Shown here: positions 1 through 18,886 of the stretch, piece after piece | How positions within the stretch are numbered: the first letter of the stretch is position 1 | Layout of the letters: each line of letters starts with the position of its first letter | NCBI GenBank assembly: GCA_964016885.1 | Contig: OZ024745.1 | Coordinates: forward strand, 43,276,001 to 43,340,000 | DNA length: 64,000 bases | Reading direction: 5' to 3' | Source of the DNA: Eledone cirrhosa | Taxonomy: Eukaryota | Made by a program: the position numbers and the translations under genes | Notes under the pieces: generated by a model | What the model saw: only the letters and a program-made list of their open reading frames with translations | The model's database searches: none | What the model was told of the DNA's origin: nothing

Positions 1-368
1 ATGCGTGTGTGTTACAACCAATATCAAAATTTTAAAGATTTGAAACATATTAACTGAAGTAGAAAACCTGTGTCAGAATCGAGAAGTGTAAAGAATTACA
101 ATTCTTATACTATCATCGAGTGGTGCGTTTTAAGAGCAAATGAGATAAAAGTGGAGTGTAAAACACCAAAAACCTGAGTGTCAAAACCCGGAAATGCAAA
201 GGACTACAGTTCCTATTTCGGCATAAAGTATGTCAACGCACATCGTGTATGTCAACGCACATCGTCGCAAACACACACGCACAAACACAGGCTCAGGTGC
301 ATTCCATATGTATATACACACACACACATTAGGTGCATTCTATATAAATATATACACACACATACACA

Positions 369-2501
369 TGTAGCGGTTGTCTCCCTTGTTTTGATTAGGA
401 TCTAGACGGGAAGTGGAACCCTTTCTGCAACTTCCGGTCAGAGCCCTATAAAACTAACAACTTTAAGCTTCCTTTCTCTCATTGCCTTTTCGGCACCAGG
501 TCAAGAGCCTTTCATTGGGCTCCGCCATTCATTTGGCCAACAAGCGCCTGGCCTTAGCCAGGCGTCCTCTGCCAGCCGCGTTTGCCTGGCAATCAAAAAC
601 GGTAACTACTAACTTTGTTTCATTCTAACATCTATCTTTGACATGTCAAGTATACTATCTACCATTGTTAATTAAATATTATACACACAAACCATGTCTC
701 GTTTTGTTACATTCATACAACCCAGCAAACTCGCTATATTGGTAACCCTGACGTGATACGAACACGCAGCCGTTCATCGCTATAAGTGGCCACCCCCCCC
801 CAAAAAAAATAAAAAAATAGCACATCTGGTTTTGTGAGTAACATTACGAATACACAGCAAATTTAGCGACAAACTATGAAAATACTCAAGGACACGCACA
901 CACGCACATGTGGAATTCGCACAGACAGACTTTTTCTCTCACGCATCAATTAACTGTCGCATTTCACCAATATATATATATGTTTCTCGTTTCTTACAAC
1001 GAACACTTTCAAAACAAAAAACAAAAAAAAAAACATTTCACGATATATATATATGTTTCTCGTTTCTTACAACGAACTCTTTCAAAACACAAAAAAAAAA
1101 AGAAATTTGATATTCTTTAAAAAAACATTTCAACAGGAACATTTATTTTCGATGAACCATTGCCTTTTTGTTCATCGTTTTCTTCATCGTTCAAGTTTTT
1201 TTTTTTTTTTTTTTTTTCCCAAAGTTCACACCAATAATTATGCTGAGTGAAGCCTTTCTTTTTCATCATTGTCACTTTCAAAATTGCACTATCATTTTCT
1301 CGCGCGTTAGAAATATTATTTTTTTCAACCTTGTATTGGCACGTGCAGGCAGCACAAATTCTCGATTCACAGAGATGTCTCTACTCACAGACAGCCGCAC
1401 GCCAGAGATAACATTTCTCACCAGGGATTCTTCAGCCTTAAGCTATATTCTTCTATTTGCCGGTTTATAAATTTACAATGTAAATTTACCGTTGATAACC
1501 GCGCATTTATTAAGAATGCTTATTTCTCTGGTCGCTGGCCTCTTGACCCTTCCAGGTCAACGCATTCTCAACATCGACCATCAACTTCGGCTGCTATTTC
1601 TAGCACTTTGCGCAACTCATTTTTTCTAAAAAAATTTTTTTTACTGTGAATTTAAACACCGAATACGCTCACTCAGCGAGACAACAGCAGCAGCAACAGC
1701 AATATAACAGCAACAGCAATACATCAATACAGCTTCACCAAAGCCAGAGAATTCATTTTTGCAGCACTCTTCCTGTGAGAAAATCCATTCGGAGGTTGGA
1801 AATTTCACGATATACCACAGAACAGAAACCACCTGCATTCATTCTCTGGAACACACTTTCTTTCCTGCTGTCATGTGATTGCACACCTGTGAACTATATT
1901 TTGAACTTTGAGCTCTTCTATTACTTTTACTTTATTACATTGTATCTTTGGGTGATGGATAGATGGATGTCCAGTCGTTCTCTGGCCAAGAGCGGTTGGC
2001 TACCTTGATATCTATCATTGATTTTTCCAAACATTCTTTTGTCGTAATTTTCATGCCTGTTACAACATTCTCGCCAACTTGTTACATATTTTCATTTCGA
2101 TTTTTATACACTAAAATTCTGGCGGGAGGTTATGTAGCGGTTGTCTCCCTTGTTTTGATTAGGATCTAGACGGGAAGTGGAACCCTTTCTGCAACTTCCG
2201 GTCAGAGCCCTATAAAACTAACAACTTTAAGCTTCCTTTCTCTCATTGCCTTTTCGGCACCAGGTCAAGAGCCTCTCATTGGGCTCCGCCATTCATTTGG
2301 CCAACAGGCGCCTGGCCTTAGCCAGGCGTCCTCTGCCAGCCGCGTTTGCCTGGCAATCAAAACGGTAACTACTAACTTTGTTTCATTCTAACATCTATCT
2401 TTGACATGTCAAGTATACTATCTACCATTGTTAATTAAATATTATACACACAAACCATGTCTCGTTTTGTTACATTCATACAACCCAGCAAACTCGCTAT
2501 A
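369..2501 (+). mobile_element. Non-autonomous LTR retroelement (two ~370-bp LTRs, tRNA-Trp PBS, PPT, 4-bp TSD)
   Basis: LTRs 369-738 and 2133-2501 differ at about 3 positions. Termini are TGTAGCG...CGCTATA. PBS TGGTAACCCTGACGTGAT at 740-757 is a near match to the tRNA-Trp 3' end complement. Purine-rich GGCGGGAGG precedes the 3' LTR. CACA flanks both ends. No gag/pol in the ~1.4-kb interior. Confidence 0.9.
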
Positions 2502-2505
2502 CACA

Positions 2506-7777
<5,272 letters not shown>

Positions 7778-8637
7778 AATATATATATATATATACCCGT
7801 AACCGATTCGTAACTCATATGTACTTAACACTGACTACGAAAATATTTAACAGTTAGTTTAAAATGGAATTTATGTTTCACATCTGACCTGAGTCTGTTA
7901 TCACCTTTGTGCAGGCTCGTCTATAAACAAAAGTGTTTCAGCTATGATTGTCCATCCAAGTCTTCTTCCTAACATTGCATATCAAATGTGTTCCTCCATT
8001 TTCAAAATGGCAGGGTATAATTTGAAGAAGATTTGGCTGCTATTCCTAACTGGTCACGCGACAATGTAATTGTCACGCCCTGTTTGACTGATCTCAACCT
8101 TTTTTAACTATAAAAAAGATTAGAATAGGTTATGTTGTTTTTATTTACTCGCTGTTCACTCTTCATTGAACCAACCCTATGATAAAAGGTGTTCCAGCTT
8201 TAGTCATCCCATCTTATTATCCAGGCATAAAACATTTAGAATTACATTTATCCAATGTATCATTTTTGTTTTGAGACAGATGTACTTTGAGGGAAATTTG
8301 GCTGCTATTTCTAGCAGGTCGAGCGACAATGTAAAGGCGCCCTCGTTGACTTGTAAGTGAAGTGTTCTTGTTTGCAGTATTATGGAGCGAAACGAATCAC
8401 AATTTATTCCTGTAATATTCAACTAATCAGATGATTTGTAAAGTTGTATTCATGAGAAATAACCCATTAATTTAGTTTTTTAATATATATTTGTTTTAGC
8501 CGAATTAATAAAGCGATGGCGTACCAACCGAAGTCACGATCGATGGTTTCTATCCCTTGAGGGGCTGTGTTGTGGTATTTTTATTCCGAAAATATTTTAC
8601 TTATTTCGCTACACCTGTCAACTTAACTCGTCACTTA

Positions 8638-8761
8638 AGAGAGAGAGAGAGAGAAAGAAAGAGAGAGAGGGGGGGGGGGGGTAGAGAGAGAGAGAGAGAA
8701 AGAGAGGGGGGATGTAGAGAGAGATGGAGAGATGGGGGAGAGGGAGGGAGAGAGAGGGGGA

Positions 8762-8836
<75 letters not shown>
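8638..8836. repeat. (GA)n / polypurine tract
   Basis: Direct reading. Confidence 0.95.
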
Positions 8837-8839
<3 letters not shown>

Positions 8840-9049
8840 TGTCTTTCTTCCCAATTTTGCTGAAGAAAACAACAGTCCGGGGACCAAAGACACCAAATGT
8901 CTTGACGACGGCCAGCAGGAAAAGGAAGAAATCGGTAAAAAAAACTGTATTTGGATACTGCAAATCTCTCATGAGTATCACTTTGAGAAGAATGTACAAT
9001 ATAAAGATTATATCTTCAGATGGTACATCTACAAGACAATACATTGTAT

Positions 9050-9931
9050 CAGGGGCGGTGAAGCATTTTTGAATGATGGGGGTGGTGGGATTTGCAAATT
9101 TGGTCAATTTAGTTGCAGTAATTAGTTTAGCCCTTTGCAATCTAAAATGGCTAGAAAACCGATATACAATAAACACAGGCTACAAAATGTCCTGCAATGA
9201 GGGTTTAGCATTATAGTGACAGTCAATAGTGTTGAAACACATGTTGCATACACCTCAGAAGCAAAATGCATCAGTAATTATTTTAACGTACAGTTGACCA
9301 CCACTTGTATAGTTCTAAATCTAATTCTGTGCAGTAAGATTACATTTTGTGTGAAATACTATGTGTTTACGTAGTAAATGATAGTTAAAAGATTACCTAT
9401 TACAAATGCTTCTCAAACTCAGAGAATATCAAACATAAGGTCATAGCACTTGTCTCAAAGATTTGGGCAATTCTAAATTTTTTTTTAAAATCTGAAATGC
9501 ACACTTAAAATTTTCTACAGAAATAATATATTGCTACAAAAGGAACTTCAAACATCACTGGTGACAACTCGCTATATTATACTAAAAGAAGAGAAATAAA
9601 TAAAGAAATATATAGAAATATATTTTTGTAAATAAGACAATAGAACCGTGTGGAAATGGACGCACCAATTGAAACATAAGTTTTAAATCTCCGAAGCCGT
9701 TTATGAAAGTATTGAAGAAGACAAGAAAACACACTTCGATCTTCCGAGGTGGAAGAGGCTCCTATCAGAAGAAACCGTCACCGAATCATCATTGTACATA
9801 AATTGCAGCGCATTTACAAATAGATGTGTGTTTGTACATAAATGTTAGCGCATTTACAAATAAAAAAATACAACTATGGGAGGGGGGGTACATGTTCCCC
9901 CCCTGGCACCTCCCAAGTTCCACCGCCCCTG
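9050..9931. mobile_element. Non-autonomous DNA transposon (hAT-like), TIR CAGGGGCGGTG, 5-bp TSD TGTAT
   Basis: CAGGGGCGGTG at 9050-9060 and CACCGCCCCTG at 9921-9931. TGTAT at 9045-9049 and 9932-9936. Confidence 0.65.
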
Positions 9932-10019
9932 TGTATAGTTGACATTTCTCTCACAACATGTTATTACATCTAACAGTCAGTACATTGTCTAGTTGACATC
10001 TATCGCAACATATTACTAT

Positions 10020-10330
10020 ACCCACCACACGTTCTCCGCCTCTAGCTTCGGCCACAAACCCCGGTACTGCAGCCTGCAATGTAGAGGGCAAGAAGACAAG
10101 CAAATACCGGGACTTGTCCGGCCGCTTCCTCTACGCACTGGTCGCCGTCGAGACCTCAGGAGTCCTCGGACTCCGTGTGGCCGAGCTCCTCCTCAAGATT
10201 GGAACGTCAGCAGCCCGTCTATGGAAGGAACCCCGCTGTTGGAGCGGGTGTCGCTGGCTATTGTCCAAGGAAACGCCTTTGTAGTTTTGTCCGCAGGGTG
10301 CAGCAAACACCGCCCCTCCCCAGTCATAGA
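10020..10330 (+). mobile_element. 3' fragment of CRE-like (RLE endonuclease) non-LTR retrotransposon
   Basis: Reads PVAVETSGVLG and LERVSLAIVQGNA. Nucleotide similarity to 15560-15840. Confidence 0.75.
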
Positions 10331-10706
10331 GCTTACTACCCTCTCCTTTCCCTCTTCCTTCCATGACCTCATAGTCCTAGCTTTTTCCCTCCCTTCCTCT
10401 CATTTATGGCATTTATAGCCCTTTCTCCTACTTTCCTATACAGTCAGATCTGCTCTTTACCCTTCCTCCCTCTGTTCGTTGCTTGGTTTCGTTTTTATCC
10501 TTTTAATATTTTTTCTTTTTCTTTCATATTTCCATCAATATTTGCAATGTTATTCATACAACTGGGAATTGATTTATTGTCTGTAATTAGCTCAACAGCC
10601 ATGTGTTAGTGCTACTGTTAATTTGAAAAGTTGCTATGTAAATATTCAGTTGTTTATTACATGCCATTTCATAAATAAAATATAAGTGATTATACAATGT
10701 ATAGTT

Positions 10707-11912
10707 CACATATCTCACAACATATTACTACATCTACCAGTCAATATATATCTCACAACATATCTCACAACACATTACTACATCTACCAGTCAATATATA
10801 TCTCACAACACATCTCACAACACATTACTACATCTACCAGTGAATATATATCTCACAACATATCCCACAACATATTACTACATCTACCAGTGAATATATA
10901 TCTCACAACATATCTCACAACATATTACTACATCTACCAGTGAATATATATCTCACAACATATCTCACAACACATTACTACATCTACCAGTCAATATATA
11001 ACTCACAACATATCTCACAACATATTACTACATATACCAGTCAATATATATCTCACAACATATCTCACAACATATTACTACATATACCAGTCAATATATA
11101 TCTCACAACATATCTCACAACACATTACTACATATACCAGTCAATATATAACTCACAACATATCTCACAACATATTACTACATCTACCAGTCAATATATA
11201 ACTTACAACATATCTCACAACAGATCTCACAACACATTACTACATCTATCAGTGAATATATATCTCACAACATATCTCACAACACATTACTACATCTACC
11301 AGTCAATATATAACTCACAACATATCTCACAACATATTACTACATCTACCAGTCAATATATAACTCACAACATATTACTACATCTACCAGTCAATATATA
11401 ACTTACAACATATCTCACAACATAATACTACATCTACCAGTGAATATATATCTCACAACAGATCTCACAACACATTACTACATCTACCAGTGAATATATA
11501 TCTCACAACATATCTCACAACACATTACTACATCTACCAGTCAATATATATCTCACAACAGATCTCACAACACATTACTACATCTACCAGTGAATATATA
11601 TCTCACAACATATCTCGCAACACATTACTACATCTACCAGTGAATATATATCTCACAACAGATCTCACAACACATTACTACATCTACCAGTGAATATATA
11701 TCTCACAACATATCTCACAACACATTAATACATCTACCAGTCAATATATAACTCACAACATATCTCACAACATATTACTACATCTACCAGTCAATATATA
11801 ACTCACAACATATTACTACATCTACCAGTCAATATATAACTTACAATATATCTCACAACATAATACTACATCTACCAGTCAATATATATCTCACAACATA
11901 TCTCACAACATC
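10707..11912. repeat. Minisatellite, ~50-bp unit (CATATCTCACAACACATTACTACATCTACCAGTCAATATATATCTCACAA), roughly two dozen copies
   Basis: Tandem units with an internal 12-bp subrepeat and occasional 38/62-bp variants. Confidence 0.95.
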
Positions 11913-11914
11913 TA

Positions 11915-12318
11915 AATCTGTCAACTCTCGCCATTCAACGCGGAGACCTCCACCCACTTTGGGGTGAGTGAGAGATGTCTTCCTCTGTGGACATGGGTAT
12001 AGCTTTCATTATGTAAAATCTCCCCGGTGCGGTGGATTGGCAGTATCGGTAGAGGGTTGAGGTCGGACGCCATCCTTTGCAGCAAAGATTACGGCCCTTT
12101 ATGGTCTGAGTTCAAATCCCGCTGAGGTTAACTTTGCCTTTCATCCTTACGAGGTCGATAAAAATAAAGTACCAGTAATGTACTGGGTAATTGCTGGCTT
12201 TGTGCCAAAAGTAGAAACAATTATGTAAAATCTCCCCATTTTGTCTCATTTCTCTCCGGTTTGGTGTCACTTTTTTTCATGGTACGCCCGATTTGGGTTT
12301 TTAGAGGTTGGCAGGTCT
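11915..12318. mobile_element. ~180-bp MITE (CAGACCTG..CAAC TIR family) interrupted by a SINE
   Basis: Similar to 54728-54904 and to the reverse complement of 51233-51412. Ends in GGTTGGCAGGTCTG. Confidence 0.65.
12026..12219 (+). mobile_element. tRNA-derived SINE with 18-bp TSD
   Basis: A-box-like TGGCAGTATCGG, B-box GAGTTCAAATCC, core GGTCGATAAAATAAAGTACCAG. TSD ATTATGTAAAATCTCCCC at 12008-12025 and 12220-12237. Confidence 0.9.
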
Positions 12319-12378
12319 GTCACATTGAACATTGCCTTATTATCAATTGCAGTTTCGTTGTATAAATAAATGACCTTA

Positions 12379-13833
12379 TCTCTCTATATATAAAACGGAA
12401 GAGATCTGTCTCTGTGTGTGTGTATGATGTTTATGCATTTCCACATTTCTCTACCGATTTTGATGATTCTTTCCCAATGTGTTCCAAATTTACCAACGAT
12501 GGTCAACACGTAATAAACTTTGCCAAAAATTTCCTGCTTCTATGAAAAAAATCGATAAAACTAAATACATGCTGTAACCCTCTCTCTTACACGCTTATTC
12601 ACTCTCTCTAGTACCCAACAGCGATAAAACTTCGTTCAGGAACGCGACATAAACTTTGAAAACTAAGCAACACATCATTTTATACAACAACAAACATAAT
12701 CATAACGCTCTCTCGGTCGCTCTTCCCTCTCTCTATAATAGATCATTCCCTCTCTCTATAATTTAACTGCTTTACTCTCTTCATGCTTTGAGGTTTAACA
12801 CACCTCCCTATAGTTTCTTAACTTTACTCTCTCTGTCGCTCTTCCCTCTCTCTATAATAGATTATTCCCCCTCTCTATAATTTAACTGCTTTACTCTCTC
12901 TGTCGCTCTTCACTCTCTATATGACAACACTGTTTTACACACCTCCCTATAGTTTCTTAGCTTCACTCTCTCCATCGCTCTTCCCTCTCTCTATAATAGA
13001 TTATTCCCCCTCTCTATAATTTAACTGCTGGGGGAGTCATTGGAGTTCCGTATTGACATACGGCTTTTCTGGGGTATATTAAATCGGCTTATTGCAAAAA
13101 ACAACCCGCAAAATATAACAGATTAGTGCTATAGACATATGAATCGGAATGTTTAAATTATTTATTTTTTACGATTTTCATTGGTTAAATATTAATATGA
13201 CAACACCCATAGTGCTGTACTTCTGGCAATTCTGCCGAATACACTGCCAAGGATGAACCTTTTCCCCTCGGCGTCAGATATCCCGTTCGATTTCCGGCGA
13301 TCCCAATTCCCGGTGAGACCATGTTTTGCCATGTCCATTAACAAGTGACAAGGGCAAACATTGTCGGTGTCGGGCATCCATTTGGGGGAGCCATGCTTCT
13401 CCCATGGCCAACTTTATGTTGCCCGTTCCCGCGTAGGGAGCAGGAATGGACTTTTTGCTTACACTCCTCAAGGGATGACACGCAATATCGTCTACAAAGA
13501 GGTGATATAGATGTTGGTGCAGGTGTTGGAGGTGTTGGAGTTATGCCGTCTGGAAAACTCTTTCCTGGTAGGATCACCCATGGCGGACAGATATGACACC
13601 CAGCGGCATCAGGGCCACCATCTTGCAACTTTGGTCTGCTAAATTAGCTATTGGAAGATTATTAATCCATCATTGATTGTCCAAAATGCTAATTGGTCCG
13701 TAACTTTTAATAACCGGTTCAACTGCTTTATGCACTTAATTGATAAGCTTATTCGCTTTCAAGCCACGTTTACCTGTATGTAGCTTTTCATAGCAAATGA
13801 ACAAACCCGAGCAACGCCGGGCTAAACTGCTAG
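12379..13833 (+). mobile_element. Non-autonomous Helitron
   Basis: 5' A|TCTCTCTATATATAAAA start. 3' hairpin CCCGAGCAACGCCGGG then CTAG|T. Internal tandem repeats at 12710-13030. Confidence 0.72.
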
Positions 13834-14489
13834 TTCTCTAATTCTATTTGGGTTTAATTTTTCTTTCCGATAGAATAGTTTTATATCACAGACTGTCAAC
13901 AACCTTTACGGTGATATATATAAAAAGGCTGTACTCATTCACAGTTTTCAGATTTGTTCATCCTTGACAATGTCCTTTATTTTTTATTGGTTTCTTATTC
14001 TATTTCTTTTAGTTGTGTTCACGGGAAACATTTATTTCTATGCTTAATCAAATTGTCAGTATTTTATGAACTGCAAGAAAAAGCACAATTTGTGATGTGG
14101 TGAGGGCAAACTTGATCTACAGCATTTGTAATCATATACAAGTTTTCCGTCTCAAATTCGTCTTTATCAACTTCAGCCTCGCCAACGTCATTCTCAAATT
14201 CGTCATCATCATCCTTAGTTTGTCATTATCAATCTCCATTTCGTCGTTACTGTAAGTTGGAACGATTTATTATGAAGAATGAGACATTGATATCAGTGAT
14301 TACTTGTCGTAGAATTGTAGAAGATGGAAACATTTTAAAAGTTCTGGAAATGATCACAAGTTTGTATAAAGAAATTGTTGCACCCCATATTACTGTAAGT
14401 ATAGATATACATTTACAGTAAAACTACACACTATACTATATGTATGTATGGACTCGTAACTCCTGATGGCGTCGTAGCTGCGCAGTCAG

Positions 14490-15870
14490 TATATACAACA
14501 TGTTTTGGTTGTTTTAAACCAGGTGGAGACCATCCCTAGAGAAGCAGAAAGTGAGGTGACCAACATCACCTACGGAGAGGCTGAATTCCGCAACGCCGTA
14601 CTCTGCTCCCACCCCATCCTGACCGGGGCTCGGCTGATACCCAAGTACACCGCATGCATTCTCGGCTCCCCCATTCTCCCGAAAGTCATAAGAGAATACC
14701 TGGAGACCAAGCACGCGGATTTGTTCCAATTAGCAGAGGGGCTGCGCCTCATTGACGCTCATCCCGGGCTCTTCCTCTTGAGGAAGTGTTTCGCCCTCCC
14801 CAAACTCACATTCACGCTGCGTTGTGCACCTTTCCACCCCTACGCAGATCTCCTCGGGGAACTTGACCTCCCCATTCGACGGAACTCATCTGCAATGTCA
14901 GTTTCGATAGCGCAGGCTGGCAACAGGTGACACTCCCAGCAAGGTTTGGTGGCCTCAGCTTCCGATCAGCTTCGGACCTAGCTCTATCTGCCTACCTCTC
15001 CTCTATCTCTTGTCGCGCTCTCGTCAGCGAGGTTCTCAGCCAGACGGCCGAACCTGACCTGGCCCCTGAGATGAAACAGGCTCTGGCCTACTGGACAAGC
15101 GAAGGCCTCTCTATCCCCCAGTATACTACGGTCCAACGTAACTGGGACGACATCAATTGCAGGTCCTCTGTCAGGCGGATCGAGTCTGGCTTGGACCAAC
15201 ACCGGCGCGTGGCTCAATTCGGTGCCCTCCTCATCAACCGGCACCCTCCATGATGATGAGTGCACTCGCATTGGAGTAGTCCAACGCCTTGGCCTCTGCG
15301 TGTGTGAGCCACATAAATACCGCTGCGGGGCGGTTGTTGACAAGTTCGGACTGCACCCTCTGTCTTGCTGTCAGAGCGCAGGCCGGTTCCCCCGACACCC
15401 CGCTCTCAACGACATATTGAGAAGAAGCCTGGACGCAGCTGGCTTTCCATCTCAACTGGAGCCAGCAGGCCTAGACCGAGGAGATGGCAAGCGCTCCGAC
15501 GGAATCACCCTCTTCCCATTCGAAGGAAGTAGATCCCTCATCTGGGACGCCACCTGCTGCAACACGTTCTCCGCCTCCAACTTAATCGCTTCGACCACAA
15601 ACCCAGCATCGCGGCCCGCCTCGCAGAAGAACGTAAAATAAACACATACCGGAGTTTGTCCAGCCACTTTCTCTCTTCGCACCGGTCGCCGTCAAGACCT
15701 CGGGCGTACTTGGGCCCCGTACTGCTGAGCTTCTCTGGGTAGTCCGTCTGAGGAGGGAACCCCCGCGAAGTTGGGTGGCTGTTGCAGCGGGTGTCACTGG
15801 CCATCGTCCACGGGAATGCTTTTGCCGTCTTGTCCGGGGTAGCACTCTGCCCTCTCGCTCTAGGCCCAAA
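14490..15870 (+). mobile_element. CRE-like non-LTR retrotransposon (RLE), degenerate, 5'-truncated
   Basis: ILGSPI, LLRKCFALPKL, LPARFGGL, CCHC-like C..C..H..C, RHPALND and GKRSDG..WDATC endonuclease motifs across frameshifted ORFs. Confidence 0.85.
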
Positions 15871-16009
15871 GCCAAAAAAACAACAACAAAAAAAAACGGC
15901 TGGCAAAGTACAGTAATTCTAATTTCCTTTATTTTTATAGTTTAAAAAATCTACGTTGACTTTGTTTTTCATCTCTCTGTGTTTGATAACATAAGACTGA
16001 ATCATACAG

Positions 16010-16600
16010 CTAGATAGCTGGAGAGCGGCTGACAAAGGTCTTGCTGAGTGATGCTAAGACACCCTCGGCCTTCTTGACAATTTTAGAGACGTGCTTCGTC
16101 CAACGCAAATCGTTGCTGACAGCAATGTCCAGGTCACGTTCACAAGAAGACTTCTTGATATTAGTGTTGTGGAGGGAGTATGTGGACGCTGGGTTTTTAC
16201 TCCCAAAATGCATGGTGGTACACTTGTCCACAGCTAGCTTGAGTTGCCAGTCCGTGATCCATTGTTGCAGTGTGTCCAAGTCAGATTGCAGGCAAGATCT
16301 ATAGTGTTCAGGATCTGTCCTTTTTATCTCAAGGTACAGCTTGATGTCATCTGCATATTTCAGTACTGTGGGATTCTTCAAGTTGGCATCTATGTCATTA
16401 ATATATGCCACAAACAAAAGGGGGCCAAGAACAGATCCCTGTGGTACACCAGATGACATCTCATATGGTGAGGAATGCTGTCCTAGAACCGTGACTACCT
16501 CTCTTCGACTGAGAATGAAAGACTTCAACCAGTTAAAAAGATCATCCTTCACACCCATTGCAGAGGGTTTGTAAGTATTCAATACTGAGCTGAGACACAC
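16010..16600 (-). mobile_element. CR1/L2-like LINE reverse transcriptase fragment
   Basis: SGVPQGSVLGPLLF, YINDI, KYADDIKLY, LQSDLD..W...WQLKL..KC. Confidence 0.9.
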
Positions 16601-18059
16601 TCTGATTTATAAGCTTGGAAAATGTTGTTTCTGCTTCAAAGCGACATGCAGGGCCGGTACTAACATTAGGTTAACTAGGAAGACATCTAGGGCTCAGACT
16701 TCAAAGGGGTGCAGAATCGACCTGTTTAGGAAAATTAAAGTCTGTAATTGTGTCCTTGCTCTGCTTACAGGCATTAAATGAAGATAAATGTTTTCAGTAG
16801 AATATTACACCTCACAAATCCCCAATTTTCCTCAACTGAACTGCCAATAGAAATCATATTTGTTTATCAACAAATATAAATGGAAAAACTTCGAATTTAT
16901 TAGGTCCGATATTTTATTTCCTTCTTGAATAATATACGAACATTATTTTGTAAATAAACGAAAAGAAGAAGAAAAAAAACATTAATATCTTAGCCCATAA
17001 CAGTAACATGTCATAAACAATATAAGTGTATTCCAATTTCTAAATACATATAAGAAGTGTTAGCAAATAGTTGTTGCACACTGACAACCAAATTTATAAA
17101 CATTCTTAAATTCAGTGCTATTTCTGTGCGTGATCTACTTACGAGTTAATGGACCAAGTATTATCAATATGTTGTTTTTTTTATATAAAAAATATTTATA
17201 ACCTCAACGTTAAGAATTCAATGCATAACATATTTTCCCGCTCCTATAATATTTCTGGAATGAGAGGTTTTTAAAAAAAATATCTACTTTGTTTTGTTTT
17301 GTGACATTCCAGGCGTTGTTAATTCAGGTAAAGTTCGGCTGACCTGAATTCAAAATCTGGTTTGGATTTTCAGTTTTATTTAATATTCTACAGCATTTTT
17401 TTTTATTACCAATTGCTATCGGAAAGACGTAGAAGCAACATATTTCCAGTTTACCGCAGCTAAAAATCTCAGGAGAGAGTTGACATGACACAATAAATAA
17501 AGTATTGGCTTACAAGTAAATAGGTTGATGATACCATCACTACCGCTATATCTTGCTATGTCTATAAACAAGACACAATCACAGTGCCTCTATTATACAA
17601 CCACAAGGCCTTCATGAAACGTTATTTATAATCAGATAATTTCCTCTGTAACGGAACATTTGGAGCTAATTAGCAACCTTATCAGTCCTGTGCTTTGTTA
17701 AAAAGATTCATTTATATGTAATGAACATCTGGAACACCTGGTAACCATAGGAAAAATAATAGTAAAGACAGACTAAAATTAAAACTACTGGATGGGTTAA
17801 TGTGTTGGTTAGCTAGGGGAAAGGAAGCAACGATGGTTAGCGACCACACGAGATATGATCCGTCACGCTGAACGGTATGGCACCTTATTGATTGAATGAT
17901 ACATTACATTCGAAGTATCTGCTTGTGTATAACTCGGTATTTTGAATTGTGAGTTGCATGCATACGTTGTCTCGTAACTCCAAAGGAAGTCGTAGGGGCG
18001 CTGTAATGATACGGTATTTCTAAGGTATTTCTCCAGGTCTGAACATAGCCGATAAAATT

Positions 18060-18285
18060 CCAGAGAAAGATATATAGAGGAAGAATCCACCCCGGTACTT
18101 GACTGGTACTTTTTTATCGATCTCGAATGGATGAAAGGCAAAGTTGATCTCGGTGGGATTTGAACTGAAAGAGCACATAACCGACACGAAAACTGACGTT
18201 TTAACAACTCTGACAATTCGCCGCCTATCCGAATTGCGATTACGTACTCATAACTATTAGTTTCTAATTTAGGCACAGGGCCAAT
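18060..18285 (-). mobile_element. Diverged SINE copy
   Basis: Reverse complement of the SINE core (CTGGTACTTTTTTATCGA...GATGAAAGGCAAAGTTGA..GGATTTGAACT). Confidence 0.7.
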
Positions 18286-18886
18286 AAATTTGGGTTCACA
18301 GTTCGATCCTACAGCCTGGCATCTTAAGCAATAGTCATTTTTATCATGGTTTCGGGTCGACCCAAGCTTTGTGAATGAAAATTTGAAACAGTGTGGCATC
18401 AAGTAGGATGGACTGTAATTCTAATTCAAAATGTCAACCTTGCCACATACTATGTCATATTAAATCTCCCCAAGAATTACATTAAGAGTACACGTGTCTG
18501 TGGAATGTTCCGACACTTACATGTAAATTTAAATGATAAGCTGTTCTATTGATCGAGCAACTGGAATACCCTTCATCGAAATCGACGAAGGTCCATTTAC
18601 TAAATATTTAAGCATAACACAGCGTATACTAAAACATCTAAGATATATTCAATGTAGGCATAACCACAGTTATCTATTGATGAAAGACATTCTAGATGTG
18701 ACCACCCTACTCCATATCTACCAGTACTGCTGCAGCTGAAGCTGGCATAATCGGAGTTAAATGTAATATTTGTAACTACTTATACAAATCTTGATGTGGT
18801 CCATCACATCACAAGAAAGTCTGCCAACCACTAAAATTTTACATGAATTGCTTTTATTAATTTTATCCAAATTCAGGGCAGAGAAT

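Noticed and set aside
8557-9176. ORFs spanning the GA tract
   Set aside because: Driven by the microsatellite, with no recognisable domain, and they run into a DNA transposon end.
12026-12130. tRNA gene candidates with A and B boxes
   Set aside because: These are heads of a multi-copy SINE with shared body, tail and TSDs.
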